From a virus (Duplodnaviria; Caudoviricetes): a stretch of 64,000 nt of DNA. The translations under genes and the position numbers were made by a program. The notes under the pieces are model-generated. The model was not told the DNA's origin. It ran no database searches and worked only from the letters and a program-made list of their open reading frames with translations. Positions within the stretch are counted from its first letter, which is position 1; each line of letters opens with the position of its first letter. Shown one piece after another: positions 1 to 8,888 of the stretch. The stretch lies in IMG/VR virus record IMGVR_UViG_3300045413_000192, positions 1,077 to 65,076 of that record. One strand, written 5' to 3'.

Positions 1-599
1 ACACAAAAGTCGTTAGCAAATTTGGACAAGACGTAAGGGCTGATGTTTTCTTCCAGTTCTCGAATGGCTTTGACTTCGCGTGGGGCAGCGGTATAGTTCC
101 TAAACGCCATCAGGAGAACCTCTGTAGACGCCCAAGGGTTGGCATCGATCTCTTGTAGGAATAGGCTGACCTCTTCTCTGCGCCGATCCAAGAGGCCTCC
201 AATGACTTTGTGCTCGGCGTCAAAAATCCAGCTGGACATTTCCCTGGTCGCCGTGCAAAAATCTTCCGTTTCCATCGCGTCAATGATGGAGCTGTAGAGG
301 AAGGGCTGCCAACCAATCGAATGAATGAACGAAATCAAAGCCTGACGCATGTAATCGTCTAAGCCTAGGTTCAGCTTGGCAAGTTGGGTATCAATAATCT
401 GAACCTCGTAAAACAAGTATTGCAACGCTTTTTCTTTGCTGCAGCGTTGTCCTTGTTTTACCGGAGAACCATCTGGGTAAAACTGAGTGCCATAACCAAT
501 GGTGTAGGGTTCGCCGCCAGTGGTTAAGTCTGGGTACGCCTTTTCGCTAAAACCTTCATACTTGCGAATTAAGTTAATCGCATGCGAAAAGTCGGACAT
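1..599 (-). CDS. GH24 phage lysozyme/endolysin (3' end runs off window)
   Basis: Own translation from ATG at 599: MSDFSHAINLIRKYEGFSEKAYPDLTTGGEPYTIGYGTQFY...ALISF...GLLDRRREE. It has the E-x8-D..TIGYG catalytic pattern and GL..RR..E tail of GH24 lysozymes. Absent from the ORF track because the stop lies outside the window. Confidence 0.9.
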   Translation of the reverse strand, partial: MSDFSHAINLIRKYEGFSEKAYPDLTTGGEPYTIGYGTQFYPDGSPVKQGQRCSKEKALQYLFYEVQIIDTQLAKLNLGLDDYMRQALISFIHSIGWQPFLYSSIIDAMETEDFCTATREMSSWIFDAEHKVIGGLLDRRREEVSLFLQEIDANPWASTEVLLMAFRNYTAAPREVKAIRELEENISPYVLSKFANDFC

Positions 600-634
600 G
601 GGGGTAACTATTATTACCACCAATCATACACAAT

Positions 635-763
635 TTATTTATTACCTTGACCACGGAGTTTTTTACGTCCGTGATTAGGTGAAGAGTTCCTTCCCTGTCC
701 TTGTTTTGTGCGTTTGGGCTTGGACTCAAGTTTAACGAATGCAGTGGCTTTGGGTCGTGCCAT
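635..763 (-). CDS. Small basic protein (42 aa)
   Basis: MARPKATAFVKLESKPKRTKQGQGRNSSPNHGRKKLRGQGNK. The K/R-rich ...RGQG ending is a type often seen in cyanophages. Confidence 0.6.
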   Translation of the reverse strand: MARPKATAFVKLESKPKRTKQGQGRNSSPNHGRKKLRGQGNK

Positions 764-781
764 TGAAATAGAGTTGCGGCC

Positions 782-1081
782 CTACCACTTTACACGGTGC
801 GACCAGAAGCGTGCAGAAAAAATGTCTGGGTTCGGGTCTTGGGCATTATGGCGGGCGTAATATGATTTCTTGCGCGCCTTGTCTTTGGCTGTTTTAGGGT
901 TCTTACCAGCGCCCTCTACACCCTGTTGACCAAAGCGTACGATTTTTTCTTCGCCTCTTTTGCAAGCTTTAACGACGTGAGACTTGGTGGGATGACTCGG
1001 TGTGCGCCGTGGTTTATTACAAGCCATTTTATCTTTCGCCAGCTTGGCCGCAGACGCTGCTTTTTTATGCTTGTCAGCCAT
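782..1081 (-). CDS. Small basic phage protein
   Basis: K-rich, with KIVRFGQQG...RKKSYYARH...SARFWS motifs. Start overlaps the upstream stop. Confidence 0.75.
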   Translation of the reverse strand: MADKHKKAASAAKLAKDKMACNKPRRTPSHPTKSHVVKACKRGEEKIVRFGQQGVEGAGKNPKTAKDKARKKSYYARHNAQDPNPDIFSARFWSHRVKW

Positions 1082-3873
1082 CAGAGTCCTTTAAACATTG
1101 ATGTGAATTCACCAAGAATTTGAGTACCTGTTTTTGTTTTGTATTCAGGTTTTTCTTCATCTTCCCCTAATCCTAAACGGAAGAAACTTGAAGATTTCTT
1201 AGTCTTGTCTTCTGTTTTTGTGTCTTGCTCATCAAAGAAACTTTCAATGGTCCCTAGGGAAGCAAAGGGATCGCTAAGGTCAAGACCGTAGGTTTTAAGT
1301 GCTTCATTGCTACCTGCTTTGGTTAATATTGTTTGCTCAGAACGATCTAGATCGGGGAAGAAGTTTTGATAAAACTCATCCTCTGTACCCTGGTATCCAA
1401 CGCCTTGAAAGACTTTGTATAGCTCCGTCTGAGGTTTTGCCATTTCATCTTTATAGTCCTCGGGTCGTTCAATGTAAGTTAAGCCGAGTACTTGCTGAGT
1501 TGGTTTTTGACGCTTCTCATTTAGGTACTTAATTTGTTCACGAATTTCCTGTGCAGATCCAGTGCGCAAAGCTTCAGTTACGTATTGTTTTAACTCATCA
1601 ACTGTTCCCTTAAAATCAGTCAAACCATAGCGCTGAAGAACTTCTTGCCAAGTTGTTTTGTCATTGGGGTCCAAGCCACGCAACATTTCGTCTGCAAATT
1701 CTTCTGGGGTAACAAACTGACCAAAAATCGAACCTTGTTTTAAGGCCTCTTCTTTTAAAGCAGGCAGAATGTTGTTATAAATTTCATCTTGCACTCCGCC
1801 TGCCGTAAGAATATCTTTGGCTGCATCAAAGCCTTGACCCTGTCCCTTTACTTGGAAGTGGATGCGTGCAAATGCATCTTTATCATTTAAGTCAATGCCA
1901 AAGCGATAAGCCTGCTGGGCCCAGTACGGATCACCCTTCTTGGCAGCTTCCCAATCTCTTGCCACTGTTGCCGCTTGTGTTGCGTAGCCCGCTTCTCGAG
2001 CCTTATTTCCTACTGGATTGAAATAAAATTCAGAATCAAAGTACTGATCACCAATTGTTTTAATTTGATCTAAGTATTGTTTTGCACGCAGATCAGCAAC
2101 TAGGTTAACTGCATTAACCATGTCTTGCGTCTGGAACGGGTTTTGTTCTTCTTGTCGAATATCAATGTATTCAACAAATTCATCCATAGAACGTGCAGTG
2201 TTAAAACGTGGGATTAAATAATCATCGATAAATTTTCTGGCAAACTCTCCTTGAATTTTGACTTGTTCTTGCGCTTCTTTTGTTGTGTAGCCAAGTTCTA
2301 AATCTTTTTGATAGCGGGTTTTCAGCTCGTTATCAAACCATTGCTGCCAGTTATATGTCGTGTTATTCCTGACACCGGTAATATTTTGTAGGCTTTTTTC
2401 CAGGGATTCTTCTGCTTTACCGCCAGAAGTAAATGAAAGTAAGCCGCCAATTCCGCTATCGCCCAATATTGCATTGCTTAGTTCATTATTAATGTTCATG
2501 ATTTCACCAAAGCCACTAAAGCCTCCAAGTAGGCCAAGCATTTCTTCTTTTGCTTTGGCTTGTTTCATCTCACTGATTGTTTCTTTTAAAACATCTTGGG
2601 CCAATGCACCAAAACGTTTTACATCTACAGAAGCCTTTTCGCCTACCGCTTGGTTAATGGCGTCTTCTAGTTCTGTAATTCCATAGCCAGCATTGATGTT
2701 GTAATTAAGGCTGACTTGTTTGTCTTCAGGTCTTTTAGATAAACGAAACAATGCAACAAACTCATCTGGTTTGTCAACGTTTAAATATTTTTCTTTTGCC
2801 AGTTGACGCCAATAGGGATCATCACGTTTTGCTTTTTGCCATTCAGCAGCAATTTCCGGAATGTTTAAAAGACGTTGCGTTTGTGTATTTGCATCAACGC
2901 CTAACTGCAATTCTCTTACTGCTTGAATGTCTTGGTCTGTCGGTTTTTTTTCAACATACGCGCGACTTTGTTCTGCGACTTCGGGTGCATTACCGCGATA
3001 ACCAGCGGGTTTGCCTTGGTTCGTATAGTGTTGAAGATAGTAACCATTTTCTCCGTAACGTTCTGTAATATCTAAATCATCATTTGCAACTGCAGATTTC
3101 CATTGTTCGGCTACTTCTGGATAAGTTTGTTTGTAATATTTGGGATCAAAAGCACCGTACAAAGGTTTAGCCCCAAGGCTGGTACTCCAAGTTTGAAGTT
3201 TTTCTGTACGATAAAAAGCTTTAAAATAATTTTCTAGAGCGGCTTTTGCGTCTTTACTTAATTTTGCGCTGTTTCTAAGAGCATCTCTAACTTGTGTATA
3301 GTCCCCTCCTTTTGTTCCTGAAATAACATTAATAGCCCTTTGATAGTCGTCATTATTTTGAGATAATTGTTGATTGCTGGGGATAATGATTTCTTTGTTA
3401 ATTTTTTCATTATTTTGGGCGGTTGTGTACTGATTGTATAAGTTTTGGCCACCATAAACAATGTTATCGCGATAGTTGCGCATGGCTGTAGCAACCAGTG
3501 GGTAGCCATTGGCTCCGACTCCAAGTGCATTCTGAACATCTCCTCCAAGCCGGTCCATCAAATCCAGACCCCCCCTTAAAACGCTATCAATTGTGGCCAC
3601 TGGACCGCTTTTATAAGTAACTCCATTGGGCCTCTTTCCCGGAGTTTCCCGATAAGTATCAATGCTTACGCTTACCATACGTTCGCCAGAACCACCTTTC
3701 GAATTAAAGAAAGGTTCATATTTTGCATTTATGTAATATTGTGTATTTGGGTAATTTACAGCTAATAATGCGGCGGGATTAGTTTTTTTAATTGTCCACG
3801 CTTTTTGGGTTGGGTCATAGGATAGTCCGGCGATATACGCCCCTCCCTGCTCCTCGTTTATTTTTAAAGTCAC
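1081..3873 (-). CDS. Large putative virion protein (930 aa) with internal repeats
   Basis: Long ORF in the late arm with repeats FDPKYY/FDSEFY and W.KAK..DPYW.Q.A. Confidence 0.7.
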   Translation of the reverse strand: MTLKINEEQGGAYIAGLSYDPTQKAWTIKKTNPAALLAVNYPNTQYYINAKYEPFFNSKGGSGERMVSVSIDTYRETPGKRPNGVTYKSGPVATIDSVLRGGLDLMDRLGGDVQNALGVGANGYPLVATAMRNYRDNIVYGGQNLYNQYTTAQNNEKINKEIIIPSNQQLSQNNDDYQRAINVISGTKGGDYTQVRDALRNSAKLSKDAKAALENYFKAFYRTEKLQTWSTSLGAKPLYGAFDPKYYKQTYPEVAEQWKSAVANDDLDITERYGENGYYLQHYTNQGKPAGYRGNAPEVAEQSRAYVEKKPTDQDIQAVRELQLGVDANTQTQRLLNIPEIAAEWQKAKRDDPYWRQLAKEKYLNVDKPDEFVALFRLSKRPEDKQVSLNYNINAGYGITELEDAINQAVGEKASVDVKRFGALAQDVLKETISEMKQAKAKEEMLGLLGGFSGFGEIMNINNELSNAILGDSGIGGLLSFTSGGKAEESLEKSLQNITGVRNNTTYNWQQWFDNELKTRYQKDLELGYTTKEAQEQVKIQGEFARKFIDDYLIPRFNTARSMDEFVEYIDIRQEEQNPFQTQDMVNAVNLVADLRAKQYLDQIKTIGDQYFDSEFYFNPVGNKAREAGYATQAATVARDWEAAKKGDPYWAQQAYRFGIDLNDKDAFARIHFQVKGQGQGFDAAKDILTAGGVQDEIYNNILPALKEEALKQGSIFGQFVTPEEFADEMLRGLDPNDKTTWQEVLQRYGLTDFKGTVDELKQYVTEALRTGSAQEIREQIKYLNEKRQKPTQQVLGLTYIERPEDYKDEMAKPQTELYKVFQGVGYQGTEDEFYQNFFPDLDRSEQTILTKAGSNEALKTYGLDLSDPFASLGTIESFFDEQDTKTEDKTKKSSSFFRLGLGEDEEKPEYKTKTGTQILGEFTSMFKGL

Positions 3874-3874
3874 C

Positions 3875-4237
3875 TTAACTAACCACGTCGTAAAAAGTTG
3901 ATTGTAAGCACGGTTGACAATGATATTCTGAATTCATCCAATCTTTAATTTTTTTTATTTTAGCAAAGCTAAAAAAACTTTGTTGCTCGTACCATTCTTC
4001 CATTTGATTGCTTGCTTTGTTTGTATTACAGCGTCTACAGGCTGGGATTAGGTTATTTCGATTACTCGATCCAGAGCGAAACTTTGGAACGATGTGATCA
4101 AGCGATGTAGCCTCCTCTCCGCAATAGCCACACTTGCAATCCCAGGCTTCGTAGATTGATTGTCGATAACGCTTCTTTGCCAACTTTGGAGTTAATTCAA
4201 TGAGCAGGGCGAGGGGATCCTGTTCACAGTTGAACAT
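3875..4237 (-). CDS. HNH endonuclease
   Basis: CGYCG...SLDHIVP...GSSNRNNLIPACRRCN..K, a Zn-binding HNH signature. Confidence 0.92.
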   Translation of the reverse strand: MFNCEQDPLALLIELTPKLAKKRYRQSIYEAWDCKCGYCGEEATSLDHIVPKFRSGSSNRNNLIPACRRCNTNKASNQMEEWYEQQSFFSFAKIKKIKDWMNSEYHCQPCLQSTFYDVVS

Positions 4238-4321
4238 ACTCTTTAGTTGCCGTTAATATATTTTAATTTCTCCACACTTGTATCCAGATACAACAAAAAG
4301 TTGAAGTTTAAATTAAGAAAC

Positions 4322-4349
4322 TTGACAAAATTCTGGAGGTCGATACCTT
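4322..4349 (+). promoter_or_regulatory. Putative sigma70 promoter for the excisionase-like gene
   Basis: TTGACA-16 nt-TACCTT, 25 nt upstream of ATG 4375. Confidence 0.4.
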
Positions 4350-4374
4350 GTAAAGGCACGCGTTTTCTCGCGCC

Positions 4375-4593
4375 ATGACCAAAGTCAGGGGTTGGGTCCC
4401 CATCCAACGTGCCGAAGAACTCCTCGGCGTCGACCGTCAAACTCTCTTCAAGTACCGCGATGACGGCACCCTTAAACTGGGTCCGCACTTCGCAGCGTTT
4501 CCCGAAACTCGTTCTCGAGACGGCTATCGCTGGAACACTGAAGCGGTCAGGAAACAGCTACTAAAGAGCGGGAAGATGCCTGCAGCTGCTTGA
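4375..4593 (+). CDS. Excisionase/MerR-like winged HTH protein
   Basis: WVPIQRAEELLGVDRQTLFKYRDDGTLK.G.HF...YRWN, an Xis-like HTH. It is the only clear plus-strand gene in the late arm. Confidence 0.75.
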   Translation: MTKVRGWVPIQRAEELLGVDRQTLFKYRDDGTLKLGPHFAAFPETRSRDGYRWNTEAVRKQLLKSGKMPAAA

Positions 4594-4969
4594 AACGTTG
4601 ATAATGACTCTTGCGTAAGCGATGAGCCAGGAGAAGATCGGTGACATTCAGGCAAATGTCCTGGTACGCCATTGATCGATAAAGGGACGAGCAAAGGGAC
4701 TTCCAAGAGTCTTGCTGCCTGCAAGGCTCTTTTTCTTTGAGTTTAAAAAGTAAAACCCATTGTGGATGCAACGGGGATACAGAACGCTTGCGGTTGGAAA
4801 CACGAATCGTTCCACTTGGTCCCCAGGAGAAGTCTTTAAGTTCCTCTGGCTTCAAGCCAAAGGTTGCGATCATGGCATAAAGCCAACCAACGTCTTTTGT
4901 TTTTCGGTTTGAGATCAGCTGAAAGTACTCATCCACAATCCGCTGATCAACAGGCGGTTGCTGTGTCAT
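4547..4969 (-). CDS. Degenerate tyrosine-recombinase (integrase) catalytic-domain derivative
   Basis: WLYAMIATFGLKPEEL resembles W.YGMLATYGLRP.E, PLHPQWV.LFKL resembles PL.P.WV..F.L, and DLLLAHRLR resembles DLRHAYA.R. Catalytic residues are altered and the ORF ends soon after. Confidence 0.65.
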   Translation of the reverse strand: MTQQPPVDQRIVDEYFQLISNRKTKDVGWLYAMIATFGLKPEELKDFSWGPSGTIRVSNRKRSVSPLHPQWVLLFKLKEKEPCRQQDSWKSLCSSLYRSMAYQDICLNVTDLLLAHRLRKSHYQRFKQLQASSRSLVAVS

Positions 4970-5043
4970 GGTTGAGATGGTCTGAAGTGACCCGACCATA
5001 ACAATCGGGGTGTCCAGAGCGCTAAGGGTAAAAAAATCCTTAA

Positions 5044-5061
5044 TAAGTCTCGCAAGACTTA
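5044..5061. promoter_or_regulatory. Inverted repeat (possible operator or core recombination site)
   Basis: TAAGTCT-cgca-AGACTTA upstream of the integrase-like ORF, next to a minus-strand TATACT -10. Confidence 0.4.
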
Positions 5062-5092
5062 ATTAAAGTATACAATATTAATATTTTTTATA

Positions 5093-5314
5093 CTATTCGG
5101 GCACTATGCCACTAGCAAAAGCGCCCCATGCCAGGCCAATAGCCTCTATCGTAGAAATCTCCCCAGATGCATAAGGAAGATTGATCACATCGCCAACATG
5201 GTATACGGTCGGAATACCGCTGGCCTGGATCGGGCTAAAGCCATATTGCCGAACATCAATTTGTTCAGGTGACAGAAAGAAGGTTCCGTCAACAATGTCA
5301 CCAAATTCAGGCAT
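5093..5314 (-). CDS. Hypothetical protein
   Basis: Start overlaps the upstream stop at 5314. Confidence 0.65.
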   Translation of the reverse strand: MPEFGDIVDGTFFLSPEQIDVRQYGFSPIQASGIPTVYHVGDVINLPYASGEISTIEAIGLAWGAFASGIVPE

Positions 5315-6885
5315 TATGTTTCAGGGAATCCCCCTTGCGACGGGATATATGCCTTGCCGTTTTTATCATACATTGTGAAACCACTCATTAAAACAAATGT
5401 CGATGGCACATTAAATAGTTTCTGCATCATTGGCATCATCATCGGAGCTTGACAGTTGTATGGCGGCACATCCATATGGGATAAACCCTGCACGGCGACA
5501 TCATACACAGCTTTTCTCGTTTCTCTAGAAGCATCTTTAACAAGCTTTTGTTCCCATTCCACAATGCTTCCCATTTCTACTGGGAGATCGGAGGGTTCTG
5601 GCGGAAAAACTTTTTCACTAAATTTTAAACAATAAATGTGCTTGCAATAACGCATTTCGTCTAATAACGGAGTCCAATTGTCTGTTAAAGATGTAATGGT
5701 ATGCGAACCATCAGGATTTCGTGTTGTTTTATAATCTTCAAACAAAACCGGACCTTCTGCCTTTGCTCCCTCCAGGGAGGGTAGCGGAGTATTGCGAAGA
5801 TATGTGCGACCAAAATCTTTAAACACACCTGGGTTGTCGCGAAGTGTCCCGGAAACTGTTGATGAATTAGGGGTAATAGTCGGAGGAATGTTGTATTCAG
5901 GTGACGGAGAAACAACGCGCATACTTCTGTTAACCTTTGCAGAGGTCATTGCACTGTTGTTAACAACACCACTGAGGGTCATGACTTCATAGCGTCCCGG
6001 CTTAATGGTTGACACTTTAGTGCGAGGAAAAAGTTTTTGGTTTCCATTGCCAAGGTTATACATGTAAGCATAATCACGACGAGTAAAGTCTTGGCAAGAA
6101 CAACAGTAACGCGTACCTGTCATCAAGAAACGCCCTGCGTTAGGTGAACGCGTTGCTGGAGTAATAAGAACACCATCAGGCGTTGATTCAACCGATCCCT
6201 GCTTTTGTAGTTTTAAAATCCCATTGATTTCATCAGTAGATACCAGGACGGCTTGAACGTATCCATATCTTGTTTGTGTGGCGGGATTAATAGTTTCCGA
6301 AGTAATTGGAGTACCGCCAACAGAAACAATGCGATCTTCTAAAGTCTCACCATTGATTGGATATTGTTTTGGAATTGGTCCCACTGGTTTAATAAATAGC
6401 GGTGCAGGTAACGGATTGGCAGAGCTCCAGCTACCGGTTAATTGAACGTACCAATAATCAGCGTCTTCTGTGACAGAAGCAATGGATGCCGCAGTGCCTG
6501 TACTATCGCGAACATTATCAAATCGAAGGCCCCCAGCCACGCGTGTCCCTGCCCAATGCATTCCCAGCTCTTTATTGCTTGTTGGGAAGCCCTGGAAAAT
6601 ACCGGGGATTTTGGGTGCATTAGAGCCGGGGGAAATTACGATTCCAGGGGGCAGCGGAATTGTATAATCAAAAGGATACGTATATGTTTCAACAATACCA
6701 ATAGTGTTGCAATACAGCTCAAAACCGCGTCGCCAACGTGACCAGGCGGATTCACGATTGGCTGCATAAATAGAATCAGGAACAGAGCCTTTTGAAAATT
6801 CTGTTTTAATTGGCGTTACATTTTTCGGTTCAAAAAAATCCGTACGGGCAAAGCTGCCGAAAGAGTTTCCACTCGTTTTTGCCAT
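5314..6885 (-). CDS. Putative tail-associated protein with split SWIM-type Zn motif
   Basis: YCCSCQDF and, far downstream, RYCKHIY. Beta/Pro-rich. Confidence 0.7.
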   Translation of the reverse strand: MAKTSGNSFGSFARTDFFEPKNVTPIKTEFSKGSVPDSIYAANRESAWSRWRRGFELYCNTIGIVETYTYPFDYTIPLPPGIVISPGSNAPKIPGIFQGFPTSNKELGMHWAGTRVAGGLRFDNVRDSTGTAASIASVTEDADYWYVQLTGSWSSANPLPAPLFIKPVGPIPKQYPINGETLEDRIVSVGGTPITSETINPATQTRYGYVQAVLVSTDEINGILKLQKQGSVESTPDGVLITPATRSPNAGRFLMTGTRYCCSCQDFTRRDYAYMYNLGNGNQKLFPRTKVSTIKPGRYEVMTLSGVVNNSAMTSAKVNRSMRVVSPSPEYNIPPTITPNSSTVSGTLRDNPGVFKDFGRTYLRNTPLPSLEGAKAEGPVLFEDYKTTRNPDGSHTITSLTDNWTPLLDEMRYCKHIYCLKFSEKVFPPEPSDLPVEMGSIVEWEQKLVKDASRETRKAVYDVAVQGLSHMDVPPYNCQAPMMMPMMQKLFNVPSTFVLMSGFTMYDKNGKAYIPSQGGFPET

Positions 6886-6887
6886 CT

Positions 6888-7667
6888 TTAGAAGAAACCG
6901 CCTTCTGCAATAATATGGGCCCCTGGAGTGTATCCAGAAATGTTCGGGCCATCAGGAAATACACCAACGTAAATGCGGTCGCCGCGCTCCAGGTAGATGC
7001 CTTTGTTGCGGAGAGGGGCCGTTGCACCTAGACCATTGGTGTTACCAGCCTGTGCAACGGGTGCCGCAAGCTGAGGCATGAGATCACTGCAGTCCACAAC
7101 ACCACTGTCTGCAGGAACAGTCTTGGCAAATAACAGGCGATAGTCACCGGAGGCTGGGATGGGAGCCGTTGTATTCCGCGTCTGATAAAAAGCAAATGTA
7201 ACGGCAGGGCGATAACCATATGCCACACCGTTATAGGAAAAACCTGTTGCAGTGCCGCCAGAATAAAGAAGGGAAGTATTTACTCCCGTCAGGGTTGTTG
7301 CTCCTGTATAAGTGTAATAACCAACACCACTTGCGGCGGCAGTAGAAGTTAAGCCCGTGGCTGTAACGTGGACAATCTGACCACTGACCAACGAGATAAC
7401 CGTGCCAGAAGTAGAAGCGTTAACTGTGTAGTCTGCGCCGCGATAAAAATCGTTTCGTGTAATCGTGATGGAATCAACCACACCACCGTTATTATTGTCT
7501 TCACTTAAAGCTGCATCCATATCCACAAGAATGGATGGTGCTTGACCACCTTGGACAAACAAGGTATTAGCTGATGCACTGCCCACTGTCTGCGTAGTTA
7601 CACGCACCGAATCAAACAGTGGCCGATCAACAAGGAGGGGCTGTTTATTTGTAGAGGTGGATGCCAC
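6888..7667 (-). CDS. Putative structural (tail) protein
   Basis: T/G/S/A-rich beta-type sequence in the late operon. Confidence 0.7.
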   Translation of the reverse strand: MASTSTNKQPLLVDRPLFDSVRVTTQTVGSASANTLFVQGGQAPSILVDMDAALSEDNNNGGVVDSITITRNDFYRGADYTVNASTSGTVISLVSGQIVHVTATGLTSTAAASGVGYYTYTGATTLTGVNTSLLYSGGTATGFSYNGVAYGYRPAVTFAFYQTRNTTAPIPASGDYRLLFAKTVPADSGVVDCSDLMPQLAAPVAQAGNTNGLGATAPLRNKGIYLERGDRIYVGVFPDGPNISGYTPGAHIIAEGGFF

Positions 7668-7699
7668 TTCTTTTCTACCGCTTTTTGTTAATTATAGCG

Positions 7700-7963
7700 T
7701 TAAGTTCCAAGGCTGGACATAGTCATAAATTCTTGAAAACGTTGAGGCAATTTTACCTTTCCTTGAATCAATGCTTCAGGATTGTTTTGTAATGCAAGAA
7801 AGCGTTGAAAATAATTGCCATCATCTTCCGGATTAAATTTAAATTTTTTCTCCGCAAGATAATCAATGACCTCTTGGGGCCGCGAGCGATACTCGCTAAG
7901 CCCCGCCGTATACACTTCACCCGGAAGATAATCAGCATTTCAATACTCAGAAAAACGTGCCAT
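7700..7963 (-). pseudogene. Small gene with in-frame TGA at codon 8 (or starting at GTG 7915)
   Basis: The ATG at 7963 overlaps the upstream stop (TGATG) and reads MARFSEY*NADYLPGEVYTAG..., in frame with the 7700..7915 ORF. Confidence 0.5.
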
Positions 7964-8664
7964 CAAAGCGCTCCTAAAGGATTAATGATGGGTTTAAGTA
8001 AAGACTCAAGCAAGGAACTTTTGATTGTGTCTACTAAAGAAGTTGCTTTCGCATTGGCCTCTTCTAACCCAGGTTTAGGAGCACCTACCAATACGGAAGA
8101 TAAAATATCTTCTACAGAGCGTTGCGATCCCGGTGCAGTTGTAACAGGTGCCTGAACGCCACGTCGACGGCCTTGTTCAAAAAAACGCTGAATTTCTTGC
8201 GCTTTTTTAACGGGCTGGCCGTAGTGGCTACTACCTGTTGCAGTGGGAAAAGAAGCCCACTCTGGGGACAAAGCGGCTTGAATTTCAGGTGTCAGTGTGT
8301 TTGCTTTAGAAATTGCTGACAAACCTCCAAGAGACATCAAACGATCTCTAACCTTTTTTAACATACCAATGTCTTGTGACTGGGGACCAAAGTCCGACAA
8401 GCCAAGACTTTTTTGAACGCTTTGCCAAGTGCCCGGCATGAACTGGTAAGCACCCGCAGCAGCACTCGCGTAACCGCCAGAGCGTACAACACGATTTGGA
8501 TGACGTGAGAAGTCTTGAAATCGACCGCCACCAAACATGACGTTGTATCCCGGTTTGCCGCCCAGGATTGTCCCTTCGGCACCGGCGATGGCTTGTTTTA
8601 AACCCTCGTATAAACCAGGGTTTTGCCTGGCCCATTGTTCAAGAACTTGGCGTTCCGTAGACAT
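7963..8664 (-). CDS. Lambda R-like (GH104) lytic transglycosylase/muramidase with C-terminal extension
   Basis: AIAGAEGT...GYNVMFGG..F.DFSRHP...SAAAGAYQFMPGTW......LGL.DFGPQSQD...LSPEWASFP...YGQP. AGGAG SD upstream. Confidence 0.9.
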   Translation of the reverse strand: MSTERQVLEQWARQNPGLYEGLKQAIAGAEGTILGGKPGYNVMFGGGRFQDFSRHPNRVVRSGGYASAAAGAYQFMPGTWQSVQKSLGLSDFGPQSQDIGMLKKVRDRLMSLGGLSAISKANTLTPEIQAALSPEWASFPTATGSSHYGQPVKKAQEIQRFFEQGRRRGVQAPVTTAPGSQRSVEDILSSVLVGAPKPGLEEANAKATSLVDTIKSSLLESLLKPIINPLGAL

Positions 8665-8677
8665 TGGAATTTTCTCC

Positions 8678-8794
8678 TTATTCTCCTACCCAATTTGACT
8701 CTGCCTTGAGACCTGGGGCAAATACTGTTTGTGCCAAGGTAACTAAACTAATTGTGGCCGCAAGACGTTTGACGAAATTGGGACAAAGAATCAT
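8678..8794 (-). CDS. 38-aa peptide resembling a free-standing Sec signal peptide
   Basis: MILCPNFVKRLAATISLVTLAQTVFAPGLKAESNWVGE*, immediately upstream of the lytic enzyme. Confidence 0.55.
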   Translation of the reverse strand: MILCPNFVKRLAATISLVTLAQTVFAPGLKAESNWVGE

Positions 8795-8888
8795 TGAATT
8801 AAAGCAACAACACTGGCCCCCGTAGATCAAAAAAATCTGTCGTCCAGCTGGTTGGTCTTACATGCAACGCAATGCCAATGTTTTACTT

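Noticed and set aside
7940-7942. Genome-wide TGA recoding
   Set aside because: TGA terminates many clear genes (e.g. the major capsid protein and ssb), and no suppressor tRNA is seen.
8810-8880. c-di-AMP (ydaO) riboswitch before the cell-wall hydrolase, suggested by TACGGGGG
   Set aside because: Too short, and it lacks the GCYGAAUCC and other conserved ydaO segments.
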